A stretch of 28,068 bases of DNA from positions 1-28,068 of IMG/VR virus record IMGVR_UViG_3300021444_000006; one strand, written 5' to 3'. The notes under the pieces were generated by a model, which was given only the letters and a program-made list of their open reading frames with translations, made no database searches and was not told where the DNA came from. Numbering within the stretch: the first letter of the stretch is position 1; every line of letters starts with the position of its first letter. Source of the stretch: a virus (Duplodnaviria > Caudoviricetes). Shown piece by piece: positions 18,401 through 26,862 of this stretch. The position numbers and the translations under genes are program-made.

Positions 18401-21400
18401 GCGTGATCGACGCTATCCGTCAACTGCTGGGCCTGAGCCCACGCGACAACGCGCTGGTGGCCCGCGCCATCGACGCCAGCGAACCGTTCTTCTCGACCGA
18501 GCGCCTGAACCAAGAATACGATGGCCAGCCGCTGGGCGCCATGAAGGCTTCCGACGAGATGCTGCAGCGAACCCTGGCCAAGGTGGATAAGGACGCGCTC
18601 AAGCTCGACCCGACCAAGATCAGCCTGGGCGCCCTGCGCGGCGCGCTGCCGCTGCAGACCGTCAGCTATATCGCCAGCCGCGCCCGCGCGCTGCCGGAGC
18701 TGGTGGACAGCGGCTTCACCAAAGGGCTGGACGCCTTCCAGCGCGCCAACACCTCGCACGAGGTGGTGCTGAACCGCCTGAACGATGTGGGCAGCAAGTA
18801 CATTACCGACCTGGGCCGGCTGCTACGCCCGATGGACGAGGCCAAGCGCCAAGGGCTGGAAGCCGAGATGAAGACCATCGGAGGCGAGGCCAGCCGCATC
18901 GGATTCGACTACCGCATGAATGGCAAGGACAACCTCGCCGCTAACGGCGCCCTGGACCCTAAGGACAAATCCTATATGGACGAAATCCACCGCAGGTTCA
19001 CGCAGCTGCAGCGCTCGAACCCTGAGGCCGCCGAGCTGCTGGAGCGCGGCGAGCTGCTCAACCGCAGCCAGCTGACGAACAAGGTGGCCACCATCATCGC
19101 TAACCTGATGGACGACTTCTCCAGCCGCGCGCGTCATCTGGAAGCCGAGCTGCAGCGCATGACGCCGGTCGATGCGGATTACGCGCGCAAGCAGGATGCG
19201 CTCAATCTGGCCACCACCGATGCCGTGTTGGCCAGTCGGCACGCGGCCAAGCTGGACCTGATGGACCCGACGCTGAACGAGGGCGCCAACAAGGATGCCA
19301 AGAAGTGGCTCGACACCGGCGCCTACAACCTGTCCACCCGAGTACAAGCCGCCCTGGATGACGCCCGCAAGCTGCCGGATAACTCGCCGCTGCGCCGCGC
19401 GCTGTCCGCTGTGGACTCGATGTACCAAGCCGAGAGCCAGCATCCCTACTTCAGCCTGGGCCGCGATGGCGACTTCTTCGTCAAGGTCGCGTTCAAAGGC
19501 GTGGACAAGGCCGCCAACGACCGCATCCAGCAGGCGCTGTCCGGCACCAGCAAGGTCGTGGGCGACCTGACCCGCGGCGACAGCCATGCCTTCTTCCGCG
19601 TGGGCTCGGCCGATGAAGCCCAGGCCCTGCATGACAAGCTGGTGACGGCCGGCCAGGGCACCGTGGTGGACACCGCCTGGGGCCGCCAAGCCGCCAAGAT
19701 CGCCGACGTGGCCAGCGTCTCGCCGGCGCTGCGCACTCTGCTGTCCACCATAGACGACATGCACTACGACGGTCTGAATAGCGAACTGCGCGATCAGGTC
19801 AAGGCCCAGATCACCCGCCAGCTGCTGTCGATGATGCCGGAGACGGCCTCGCGCAGCGCCAGCATGGGCCGCCGCGGCGTCCCTGGTTATGATGCCGACT
19901 TTATGAAGTCGTTTGCCAGCCGCGCCTCGGGCTCGGTCAACGACACTGCCGGCATGTATTCAAGCCGCGCCTACATGGCTGCCGCCACCCAACGCGCTCA
20001 GGCGATTGAAGACCTGAACCGCTCCGGCAGCGCCGACGCCCGCCAGCGCGCGCAGCTGATCGATGACGAGATTAACAAGCGCTACAGCAACTCGCTGAAG
20101 GCTACGCCCAGCGACTGGGTTTCTACCGTCAACTCGCTGTCGCATAGCTTCTACCTGGGCATGAGCCCGGCTTTCCTGATCCGCACCATGGCCCAGCCGT
20201 GGCACCGCGGCATCCCATTGATCGGCTCCAAATTTGGCTTCGCCAATGCCATGGGCGAGCTGATCCGCGCCCAGGCTACTGGCATGAAGCTGGTGGCCAA
20301 CTCGGTCGCCGCCTCGACCAGCCGCGACGGTATCCACGGCCTGATCGGTGCGCCGGTGGAGCTGAAGAACCTAGGCCTGAGCCCGGCCGAGCAAGCCTGG
20401 GTCGCCGAAGCTCACGCCAACGGCAAGCTAGACCTGGGCCAAGCCGCCCAGCTGGCCCACGCCGCCCAGGGCGAGCAAGGCCGCCTCGGCGACGCCATGC
20501 GCTACGCCTCGGCCACGGCCCAGTATGCGGAAATGTCCAACCGCTTCGGTATCGGGCTGGCCGCGTTCCGTCTGGCCAGCAAGCGCCCCGGCCTGCTGGC
20601 CGCCGGCGAGACGCCCAGTTCCTACGCGCTCAAGGCCATGGAGCTGTCCATGGATGACTTCTCGCAGTCCAACACCGCTCGGGCCATCGGCAAGAACGGC
20701 TGGGCCGGCAAGATGACGCCCCTGTTCACGCAGTTCCAGAACTACAACCTGCAGACCATGCAGCAGATCGCGCGCACCGTGCACGATGGCTTCTTTGGCC
20801 AGGACAAGAGCCCCGAGGGCCTGCAGCGCGCGGCCGAGGCCAAGCGTGAATTCGCCGGCCTGATGGCCACCACCGCCACCATCGCCGGCGGCCTGGGCAT
20901 GCCATTCGCCAACGCCTTCGCCGGCGTCTACAACATGCTGACCCAGGACGAGGACAAGCCGCAGGACGTGCGGATCGCCCTGCGCAACTGGGCAGTCGGC
21001 ACCTTCGGCAAGGAGATGGGCAACGTCATGCTGCACGGTCTGCCCTCGCTGATCGGTGTGGACTCCAGCACCTTCGGCGCCCAAGGCATCTTGCCCGGCT
21101 CCGACTTCCTGGCCGACCGCACGCTGTGGAAAGAGCGTAGCGAAACCCAGGTGCGCAACAGCCTCGGCCCGGCCGTCAGCCTGGGCTTGGACCTGTCCAA
21201 TGCCGTTAGCCGCATGGCCGATGGCTACTGGATGAAGGGTATCGAGGCCGCGCTGCCGGTAGGTATCCGCTCCTTCTACAAGACGGGTGAGATGCTGGCC
21301 GGTAACGGCTTCTACACCGACAGCAAGGGTAATCCCACCCCCATGCCGGTCGGTGCCAGCGATATCGCATGGCGTGCCCTGGGCTTCCAGACCTTGGCCA

Positions 21401-21723
21401 AGGCCGAGCAAGGCGACGCCCAGCGCGACTTCATCATTAATCAAGAGCGCCTGAAGAACCGCAAGCAAAACATCGAGGACCAGTTCGTTAAGTCCACGAT
21501 GGACCCGAGCCGCACCGAGGGCGCTGTGGAAGCCTTGACCCGCTACAACCACATGAACCCGCTGCAGCCGATGACCATGCAGGATATCCAGGGCGCAGTG
21601 CGCAACTACTACACCTCGCGGGCGCTAGGTGAAGCCTCTGGCCTGGGCTCGCCGGTATCGAAGCGGGGCTTCCCGGTAATGCAGCAAGAGGAATCGTTTG
21701 CTGCTATGCCCCGGCCCAACTAA
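15424..21723 (+). CDS. Large internal virion/ejection protein with HExxH zincin motif and PLxRFG-like C-terminal domain
   Basis: 2099 aa. Hydrophobic Gly/Ala-rich N-terminal helices, ILHEAVHAAT (HEAVH at 18154-18168), downstream HEFVAE, and YFSLGRDGDF (19447-19476) resembling YxPLxRFGxY. Confidence 0.75.
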   Translation: MPQVDQATLDNAYQAQQDAITNAHLAPQPVETRGPLGEMGAGIARGALVGLPSLIGGALKYASEPGQSLYNFGQGMVQSAEARGQSPNLTLHPEQHNAVTNALASGAEMVPQILPIAAAGIGAGTLGAPAALATGIGALAGGGLFGAEAGQRTLEKGRAAGVDEQTAREAARLNAGVTFAGQAALGMVGGQLLGTVGKTLGPLVGKEGQALASSALSDLAGMNGVVSPLLKQLPASAAEVVGANAAQQAASAKIEQSYGIDNTSPLDAALQSIGPSLGLTALMGPAALVGRAMGVRSAQQRTADLANGEAPPEIRRQLADQYASQLQRVDPAAAEAFRQNAQVAIDNKLHMPVDSRLLDPNTMQAPLTPEQQEAAAMPATFAGAAPEMVGPQAPATEVTAPAWTTELGAAHPREPGIDFTHNIDTSNLEIADLHGQIRQGLEANGIAPAAPMSRAEFGARPDMTGKNAQTVAEAYRNYLADPETARDLMRQDADAYDAIGREPAAPVIPDAPADTMQAQPTPKEPLANNAMADAMTAAFKKADEDRAYAEQAAKKAAETNAIGNIGAGERTAAAAEAGQIAADINAPKGRDAIVDDWKTAMEANGMDTKAQALTPFMKRLDNLGVMDMATHREQIDALQSIIDDKTASQTTRDRASMLKEAWDKDMPDVLEPTGAAPGVNTPAPANALGENIPQAAPENAAMSPKLEAVANTLESNLQQVGDVGVSTKAEMIADRVAQLRVEMNDRVNAGEKLSPLEQERAEDLRDFAHLIDNYTEGKATPADAQWVNDIAKMVDEASKPYTESLRKVEIPGPKMDDANQVDPGLLAPSMLSHKAVDTITNLKEQGSAPWVRDLAAKLEPLMGDTQIWPALDRAPEEVTLKGGFKGTEVGGYDIPKDTIEIGRATESTILHEAVHAATATRINEALAIKRASNQREAQLLKARDQLQSVYDEATNLPGARAQYGMQNLHEFVAELHSNAEFRDFLQTRGFMGRVIDAIRQLLGLSPRDNALVARAIDASEPFFSTERLNQEYDGQPLGAMKASDEMLQRTLAKVDKDALKLDPTKISLGALRGALPLQTVSYIASRARALPELVDSGFTKGLDAFQRANTSHEVVLNRLNDVGSKYITDLGRLLRPMDEAKRQGLEAEMKTIGGEASRIGFDYRMNGKDNLAANGALDPKDKSYMDEIHRRFTQLQRSNPEAAELLERGELLNRSQLTNKVATIIANLMDDFSSRARHLEAELQRMTPVDADYARKQDALNLATTDAVLASRHAAKLDLMDPTLNEGANKDAKKWLDTGAYNLSTRVQAALDDARKLPDNSPLRRALSAVDSMYQAESQHPYFSLGRDGDFFVKVAFKGVDKAANDRIQQALSGTSKVVGDLTRGDSHAFFRVGSADEAQALHDKLVTAGQGTVVDTAWGRQAAKIADVASVSPALRTLLSTIDDMHYDGLNSELRDQVKAQITRQLLSMMPETASRSASMGRRGVPGYDADFMKSFASRASGSVNDTAGMYSSRAYMAAATQRAQAIEDLNRSGSADARQRAQLIDDEINKRYSNSLKATPSDWVSTVNSLSHSFYLGMSPAFLIRTMAQPWHRGIPLIGSKFGFANAMGELIRAQATGMKLVANSVAASTSRDGIHGLIGAPVELKNLGLSPAEQAWVAEAHANGKLDLGQAAQLAHAAQGEQGRLGDAMRYASATAQYAEMSNRFGIGLAAFRLASKRPGLLAAGETPSSYALKAMELSMDDFSQSNTARAIGKNGWAGKMTPLFTQFQNYNLQTMQQIARTVHDGFFGQDKSPEGLQRAAEAKREFAGLMATTATIAGGLGMPFANAFAGVYNMLTQDEDKPQDVRIALRNWAVGTFGKEMGNVMLHGLPSLIGVDSSTFGAQGILPGSDFLADRTLWKERSETQVRNSLGPAVSLGLDLSNAVSRMADGYWMKGIEAALPVGIRSFYKTGEMLAGNGFYTDSKGNPTPMPVGASDIAWRALGFQTLAKAEQGDAQRDFIINQERLKNRKQNIEDQFVKSTMDPSRTEGAVEALTRYNHMNPLQPMTMQDIQGAVRNYYTSRALGEASGLGSPVSKRGFPVMQQEESFAAMPRPN

Positions 21724-21753
21724 AATCATGCAAATTAAACTAAAGGGGTGGAT

Positions 21754-22347
21754 ATGACCTGCTGCTGCATCGAACGTGACTTCTGCGTTCAAGCGTCCGA
21801 GACATGGCACCCCACGATCCGCTGGAGTTCGGGGGGCCTGACGACCAAGCCCATATCGGGGATCGCCCAGAGCGCCCCGGCCCAAATCACCAGCGCTACC
21901 CATGGCGTGCCCGCCGGCTGGCCAGTGGCCGTCACTGGTGTGCAGGGGATGACCCAGATCAACTGCAACAGCTACCCACCGGCCAAGGACCAGTTCCACT
22001 ACACGACCCTGGTGGATATCAACACGCTGCAGCTCAATGACGTCAGCTCGGCCGACATGTCGCCCTACCTGTCGGGCGGCTTCTTGGTCTACGCCACGCC
22101 GCAAGACCTGTCGATGGTGACGGCCTCGCTGGTCATCTACGACAACCCGAACCATACCGGAACACCCCTGGCGACGCTGACCGATTCAGGCGGTGGCATC
22201 GCGCTCGACAACACCCTGAAGACCATCACGCCGCTGCTGCAGACCGCGGGCCTGACGTGGACGACCGGCTATTACACGCTGATCGCTACCTCGACAGGCT
22301 CAGGGGTTGTCACGGAACTGATGCGCGGCACTCTGACGATTGAATAA
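21754..22347 (+). CDS. Virion structural protein with E1-FCCH-like beta domain
   Basis: 197 aa from ATG 21754 (AAGGGG RBS). ISGIAQSAPAQITSATHG...VTGVQGMTQIN matches the phage repeat usually annotated 'ubiquitin-activating E1 FCCH domain'. Confidence 0.65.
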   Translation: MTCCCIERDFCVQASETWHPTIRWSSGGLTTKPISGIAQSAPAQITSATHGVPAGWPVAVTGVQGMTQINCNSYPPAKDQFHYTTLVDINTLQLNDVSSADMSPYLSGGFLVYATPQDLSMVTASLVIYDNPNHTGTPLATLTDSGGGIALDNTLKTITPLLQTAGLTWTTGYYTLIATSTGSGVVTELMRGTLTIE

Positions 22348-22348
22348 T

Positions 22349-22621
22349 ATGCAATTTAACTATCCCCCCGAGCACCTCCTGCACCCTGGCCTGGACGGCA
22401 TGGATCGCGAGGTGGCTGTCGATCTAGGTACGGGCTCGCTGTCGGTCATGAAAGAAAGCGAGCTGATGCGACTATCCGGCCAGTCTGAGAATGACGACGA
22501 GATAGTGCATTGGGTACAATACCACCTGCCAGCTGATGGCCGGATGGTACACCGCAGTGTCCATGTGCATCTGAAAAAGGCCAGCTCGCCCGTGATGGGT
22601 GCGACGGCGGTATTCGGCTAA
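22349..22621 (+). CDS. Small hypothetical phage protein
   Basis: About 90 aa (start ATG 22349 or TTG 22340). Contains WVQY...GRMVHRSVHVHLK and fills the gap between neighbouring genes. Confidence 0.65.
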   Translation: MQFNYPPEHLLHPGLDGMDREVAVDLGTGSLSVMKESELMRLSGQSENDDEIVHWVQYHLPADGRMVHRSVHVHLKKASSPVMGATAVFG

Positions 22622-22639
22622 TCAACCTAGGAGTAGACC

Positions 22640-23092
22640 ATGAGTTCTCAAGCAATGTGCACCAGCTTCAAGGCCGACTTGCTCAATGGCAAGCACTGCT
22701 TCGGTACCGGCGTGACGCGCGGCACGACCGCTGCTGACACGTTCAAGGCCGCGCTGTATCTCACCTCGGCCACGCTTGGAGCGGGCACTACCGCTTACTC
22801 GGCCACCAACGAGGTATCGGGCACTGGCTACACCGCCGGCGGTGTCACCGTGACGAATGCGACGGCTCCTGCCACTTCCGGCACGACCGCCTTCTGGACG
22901 CCCTCAGCCTCCATCGTCTACTCAGGCGTGACCCTCTCGACCGCGTTTGACACCGTACTGCTCTACAACAGCACCCAGGGTAACGCCGCCGTGTCGGTAC
23001 ACACCTTCGGCGCTCAGACCATCACGGCCGGCACGCTGACCCTGACGATGCCCTCCAACGACGCATCTAACGGCCTCCTGCGTCTGGCCTGA
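22640..23092 (+). CDS. Small virion structural protein, putative fibre subunit
   Basis: 150 aa, Thr-rich, with motifs TSFKADLL, FKAALY and NEVSGTGYTAGG typical of phage fibre-associated proteins. CTAGGAG RBS. Confidence 0.75.
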   Translation: MSSQAMCTSFKADLLNGKHCFGTGVTRGTTAADTFKAALYLTSATLGAGTTAYSATNEVSGTGYTAGGVTVTNATAPATSGTTAFWTPSASIVYSGVTLSTAFDTVLLYNSTQGNAAVSVHTFGAQTITAGTLTLTMPSNDASNGLLRLA

Positions 23093-23101
23093 TCGGTAGC
23101 C

Positions 23102-23119
23102 GGGGGTTCGCCCCCTTTT
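23102..23119 (+). terminator. Short intrinsic terminator-like hairpin
   Basis: GGGGG-TTCG-CCCCC followed by TTTT, right after the 150-aa gene. Confidence 0.6.
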
Positions 23120-23132
23120 CATAGGGGGCGAT

Positions 23133-25349
23133 ATGGCGACGACTTATTACCTCGACTACGTAGGCGGCGGTGATAACAGCCATGACGCCAAGAGCTTTGC
23201 CAACCGGGTCAAGAATTGGGTCAAGATCACCCCAGCGGCCGGGGATGAAGTACGGATCATGGCCTCGCCCGATCCTACTTCCCTCGGCAGTGTCTCGTGG
23301 ACTTCGGCCAGCGCCAATATCACGCTGGCCAGCGCTGTGACCTTGGCCGTGGGCGACCACAGTAATGCCTGGACCGCCAGCACCAATGTCACGGCCGCAG
23401 CCAACAGCATTGGCAGCCAGCTTATTTCTGGATACCAGACCGACCTCACCATCGCCAGTGGCTTCACGACCGGGCTGGTGGGCTACTTAGCCATTTCTTC
23501 CCTGAACCTCTCGGCCTACCAGCAGCTATCCCTGTTCTATAAGACCGATGCCAATGTGTCGGGCCTGGAGCTGCGCCTGTGCACCGATACGGCCGGCGCC
23601 ACCGCCGTGCATACCGTGCCGCTGCCGGCAGCAGCCAATAACGAATGGCACCCCGTCGTGGTTGACTTCGGCACCGGCCTGAACGCGGCGATCCAGTCCA
23701 TCGCGGTGTATGCGACCACGACGCCGGGCGCCGTGAAGGTATCGCTCAACAACTTGGTGGCCTGCAAGGCATCGTCCAGCTCCGACAGCCTGACCCACAA
23801 TTCGTTGGTGGCCAAGATCAACGCGCTGCCCTGGGCGCCCAGCACGGCCTACAGCCTGAACGATATCCGCAAGCCCCTGGTGGTATCCCGCAACGGCTGG
23901 GGGTATAAGTGCACCACGGCCGGCACCAGCGGTAGCTCGGAGCCGACATGGCCGGATCGCAAGGGCGCGACCGTGACAGACGGGACCGCCATCTGGACCT
24001 GCAACGACTTGGAGGAAATGTGGTACTCCATCGTGAATTTCAACGGCACCACAGTGCTGCTGGAGGAAACGCAGTATGTGGGCGCCACTGAAACGATTGC
24101 CAGCTACAAGCGCGAGCCCATCGTGATGGACCCGGCCTTCAATGCCGGCGGTGGCGGCTGCCTATACGACGGCACCAGCCGCAACTACATCAAGCTGTCG
24201 GGCGGCTGGGATACCACCACCATGTCGGCCCAGACTGGCGAGACGTGGATCGCCGGTCGCAACATGCAGCTGTGGCCGCTGCGCCGGGTCAACGCCATCA
24301 CGCCGACCGCCTACCAGGGCCTGAAGTATTGGAACATCTCGCACCTGCATTTCCGCCGCCACGTCTACGGGATCAACGCCCAGAAGTGCGACTTCACTCT
24401 CACCAACATGTCGGTGGGTAGCTCGCTGATCGCACTGGACGAATGGAACACCGCGAGCAGTGTGGCGTCGTCGGCCGTCATTACCATGAAGGCCGTCAAG
24501 TTTCAGGGCAACCACCGCATCCTGCGCTACGAGGGCGCCGATATCAACATGGACAAATGCGACCTCGTGAACGGTCGCCTGCCCGACCCCTCGCTGACCA
24601 CCGACTATGCCGAGGTGGACGCCTACCCGGTGAACCCGGAGATTGGCAATGTGGAGGCCAGCAACTACACCACTTATGTGAGCAGGACGCGCATGCGCGG
24701 CGCGGGCTTCCGGCTGCGTGGCGGCCAGGGCCACTTCTTCCCCGAGTGCGATCTGGACCCGGCCAACTACAACAACATCGCCGCCAGCTCCGACTGCACC
24801 CTGCTGCGCTGCGCCAACTGCTTCGACGGCAGCAACAACCAACTGTTCGGTGCGCGTGAGCGCGGCTGGATGAAGGTGCAGGAGTGCACCACTGGCCACC
24901 CGTCCGTGTCCTTCATCGACGCCCGTGCCACGGCCATGATTCAGACCGACACCAGCACCGTGCACACGGGCGGCGGCCAGTCGTGGAAATTCATTGCCAG
25001 CGATACCTGGGGCTCGCTCTATCAGGTGGACCCGTCCGACCCGATCAAGCTGCCAGTGGGGCGCATCTATGTCGCCTCAGGCACGACCAAGACCATCTCG
25101 ATCTGGGCGCGCACTGACTCGACTTACCTGCACGGCCGGCTGGTGGCGCGCGCCGCCCAGTTGGATCAGGTGCCGGAGCAGGTCGTGGATATCACGCCGG
25201 GCTCTACCAACACGTGGACGCAATCGGGCGCGCTGACCATCACGCCCAACACTAGCGGCGTGATCGAGTTGGAGGTGTGGTTCGATTGCGATATCGACCC
25301 CGGCAGTGTCATCGGCAACTTCTGGGTCGATGACCTGACGGTGGTCTGA
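23133..25349 (+). CDS. Putative tailspike/receptor-binding protein
   Basis: 738 aa, beta-rich. Contains a CBM5/12-like insert (WAPSTAY...YKCTTAGTSGSSEPTWP...VTDGTAIWT) and a CBM-like C-terminus ending FWVDDLTVV. Confidence 0.65.
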   Translation: MATTYYLDYVGGGDNSHDAKSFANRVKNWVKITPAAGDEVRIMASPDPTSLGSVSWTSASANITLASAVTLAVGDHSNAWTASTNVTAAANSIGSQLISGYQTDLTIASGFTTGLVGYLAISSLNLSAYQQLSLFYKTDANVSGLELRLCTDTAGATAVHTVPLPAAANNEWHPVVVDFGTGLNAAIQSIAVYATTTPGAVKVSLNNLVACKASSSSDSLTHNSLVAKINALPWAPSTAYSLNDIRKPLVVSRNGWGYKCTTAGTSGSSEPTWPDRKGATVTDGTAIWTCNDLEEMWYSIVNFNGTTVLLEETQYVGATETIASYKREPIVMDPAFNAGGGGCLYDGTSRNYIKLSGGWDTTTMSAQTGETWIAGRNMQLWPLRRVNAITPTAYQGLKYWNISHLHFRRHVYGINAQKCDFTLTNMSVGSSLIALDEWNTASSVASSAVITMKAVKFQGNHRILRYEGADINMDKCDLVNGRLPDPSLTTDYAEVDAYPVNPEIGNVEASNYTTYVSRTRMRGAGFRLRGGQGHFFPECDLDPANYNNIAASSDCTLLRCANCFDGSNNQLFGARERGWMKVQECTTGHPSVSFIDARATAMIQTDTSTVHTGGGQSWKFIASDTWGSLYQVDPSDPIKLPVGRIYVASGTTKTISIWARTDSTYLHGRLVARAAQLDQVPEQVVDITPGSTNTWTQSGALTITPNTSGVIELEVWFDCDIDPGSVIGNFWVDDLTVV

Positions 25350-25350
25350 T

Positions 25351-26391
25351 ATGGACCTGACCACCCTCGACTACACGTACCGCGGCGAACCGTTCGTTCA
25401 GGTCGGCCCGACGACCGACGAGGGCAGCCTGGATATCACGTATCGGGGTGAGCCGTTCACCATGTACACCCCCGGCTCCGGGGGCACCACCGTGGCACTC
25501 ACCGGCACGGCCGGCGCTGGCTACGTCGGTACCAGCATCCCCGACAGCAGTGCGGCGGGCATCGCGGTCAGCGGCGTGCAGAACACGCAAGCTGTGGGTA
25601 GCGTGGCGCTCGGTATCTCCCAGGCGCTTGGTGGCTTTACCTCCAGCGTGTCCTCCGGCATGGTGGTATCCGGCACGCCAGGGCACCTGTCTGGCGTGGC
25701 CAGCACTACCGGCATTGGCAACATCGTGCGCGGCATCCCGGTGGCCATCTCAGGCGCGGCCGGCACGGGCTCCGTGGGTCTGCTCACCCCCAGCGCTGTC
25801 AACGCGTTGCTGGGTTCCTCTGGCGCCGCCCAGGCCGGCACGATTGGCATTCAATCGACCGTAGGTAGCCTGGGCGGTATCGCCAGCCAAGGCGCGGTCG
25901 GCACGCCCGCCGCCGTCGTTCAGGCAGCGATCAGTGGCAATCAGGAAGCCGGCGCTGCGGGTGGCGTGGCAGTGACCCTTTCCAGCGCCGTGACGGGTGC
26001 CGGCAGCCCTGGCAGCCCTGGCAGTCTCCTGCGCCAGCAGCAGGTGGCGCTCACTGGCGCCCAGGCCTCGGGCGGCTCCGGCGCGCTCGCTCCGGCATTG
26101 GCCAATGTCTTGACTGGCGCCCAGGCCGCTGGCGCTGCTGGCAACATCCGGCAGGATCAGCTCACCGGCGTGGTAGCCGTGGCCGGCGTGGGCTCGATGG
26201 CTGCGGGCCAGACCATGGCCGGTACCCAGGCAGTTGCAACTATCGGGAGCCTCGCCTTGAACGCAACCATTACAATCAGTGGGGTACAGGCCAGCGGCAT
26301 CGCCGGCCAGCCCATCTCCCAGCGCCAGCCCGGACGTAGCCCCACGATGGTCTACACCCCTGACGAACAGGTCTTCATCTACGCATCCTAG
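25351..26391 (+). CDS. Gly-rich 20-aa-repeat fibre protein
   Basis: 346 aa. Two LD(Y/I)TYRGEPF motifs, then about 14 x-A-L-T-G-x7-G type repeats. Confidence 0.72.
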   Translation: MDLTTLDYTYRGEPFVQVGPTTDEGSLDITYRGEPFTMYTPGSGGTTVALTGTAGAGYVGTSIPDSSAAGIAVSGVQNTQAVGSVALGISQALGGFTSSVSSGMVVSGTPGHLSGVASTTGIGNIVRGIPVAISGAAGTGSVGLLTPSAVNALLGSSGAAQAGTIGIQSTVGSLGGIASQGAVGTPAAVVQAAISGNQEAGAAGGVAVTLSSAVTGAGSPGSPGSLLRQQQVALTGAQASGGSGALAPALANVLTGAQAAGAAGNIRQDQLTGVVAVAGVGSMAAGQTMAGTQAVATIGSLALNATITISGVQASGIAGQPISQRQPGRSPTMVYTPDEQVFIYAS

Positions 26392-26399
26392 GAGCAGCC

Positions 26400-26858
26400 A
26401 TGGCAACCGTCACCGACACACTAGGCACACGCACCTCGCTGGCCTATAGCGGCTCCAGCCTCTCGACCCTGGCCAGCGGCACCTACGTGGCCAACACCAC
26501 CGCTTACAACTGCACGACCAACAAGCCGCAGGATGTGATCGTGGAGGTGGACTTGGCCACGACCAACTCGCCGGCATCGCTCAAGCAGTGCTCGATCTTC
26601 ATCAGCGAATCGCTGGATGGCACCAACTTCCGCTCCGGCCCCACCTCCGGTACCACGACCACCCGTGAGGGCGAGCTGGTGCTGCTGGGCGTCGTGCCCA
26701 TGACTACCTCTAGCGTCACGTCGATCAACATGTTCTCGGTGCGCCAAGCCCTGGGCTATGTGCCCAATAGCTTCTACGTCATCGTGAAGAATGAAACTGG
26801 GGTGGCGCTCACCTCCGGCACGGTCTACACCGCCGAGATTGCAACCACGGTAGCCTGA
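26400..26858 (+). CDS. Small beta-sandwich virion protein
   Basis: 152 aa, Thr/Ser-rich (ESLDGTNF, FYVIVKNETGVAL). CTAGGAG RBS overlaps the previous stop codon. Confidence 0.7.
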   Translation: MATVTDTLGTRTSLAYSGSSLSTLASGTYVANTTAYNCTTNKPQDVIVEVDLATTNSPASLKQCSIFISESLDGTNFRSGPTSGTTTTREGELVLLGVVPMTTSSVTSINMFSVRQALGYVPNSFYVIVKNETGVALTSGTVYTAEIATTVA

Positions 26859-26862
26859 TACC

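Noticed and set aside
15424-21723. Giant gene as an N4-like virion RNA polymerase or a tape measure protein
   Set aside because: No polymerase motifs were recognised and it is much shorter than N4 vRNAP. There are no tube or chaperone genes or TMP-like repeats. The N4-gp56 capsid family is not restricted to N4-like phages.
21853-22080. Phage ubiquitin-like conjugation system suggested by the E1-FCCH-like domain
   Set aside because: No adenylation domain, E2, JAB or ubiquitin-like gene is present. This domain is a common structural module in virion proteins.
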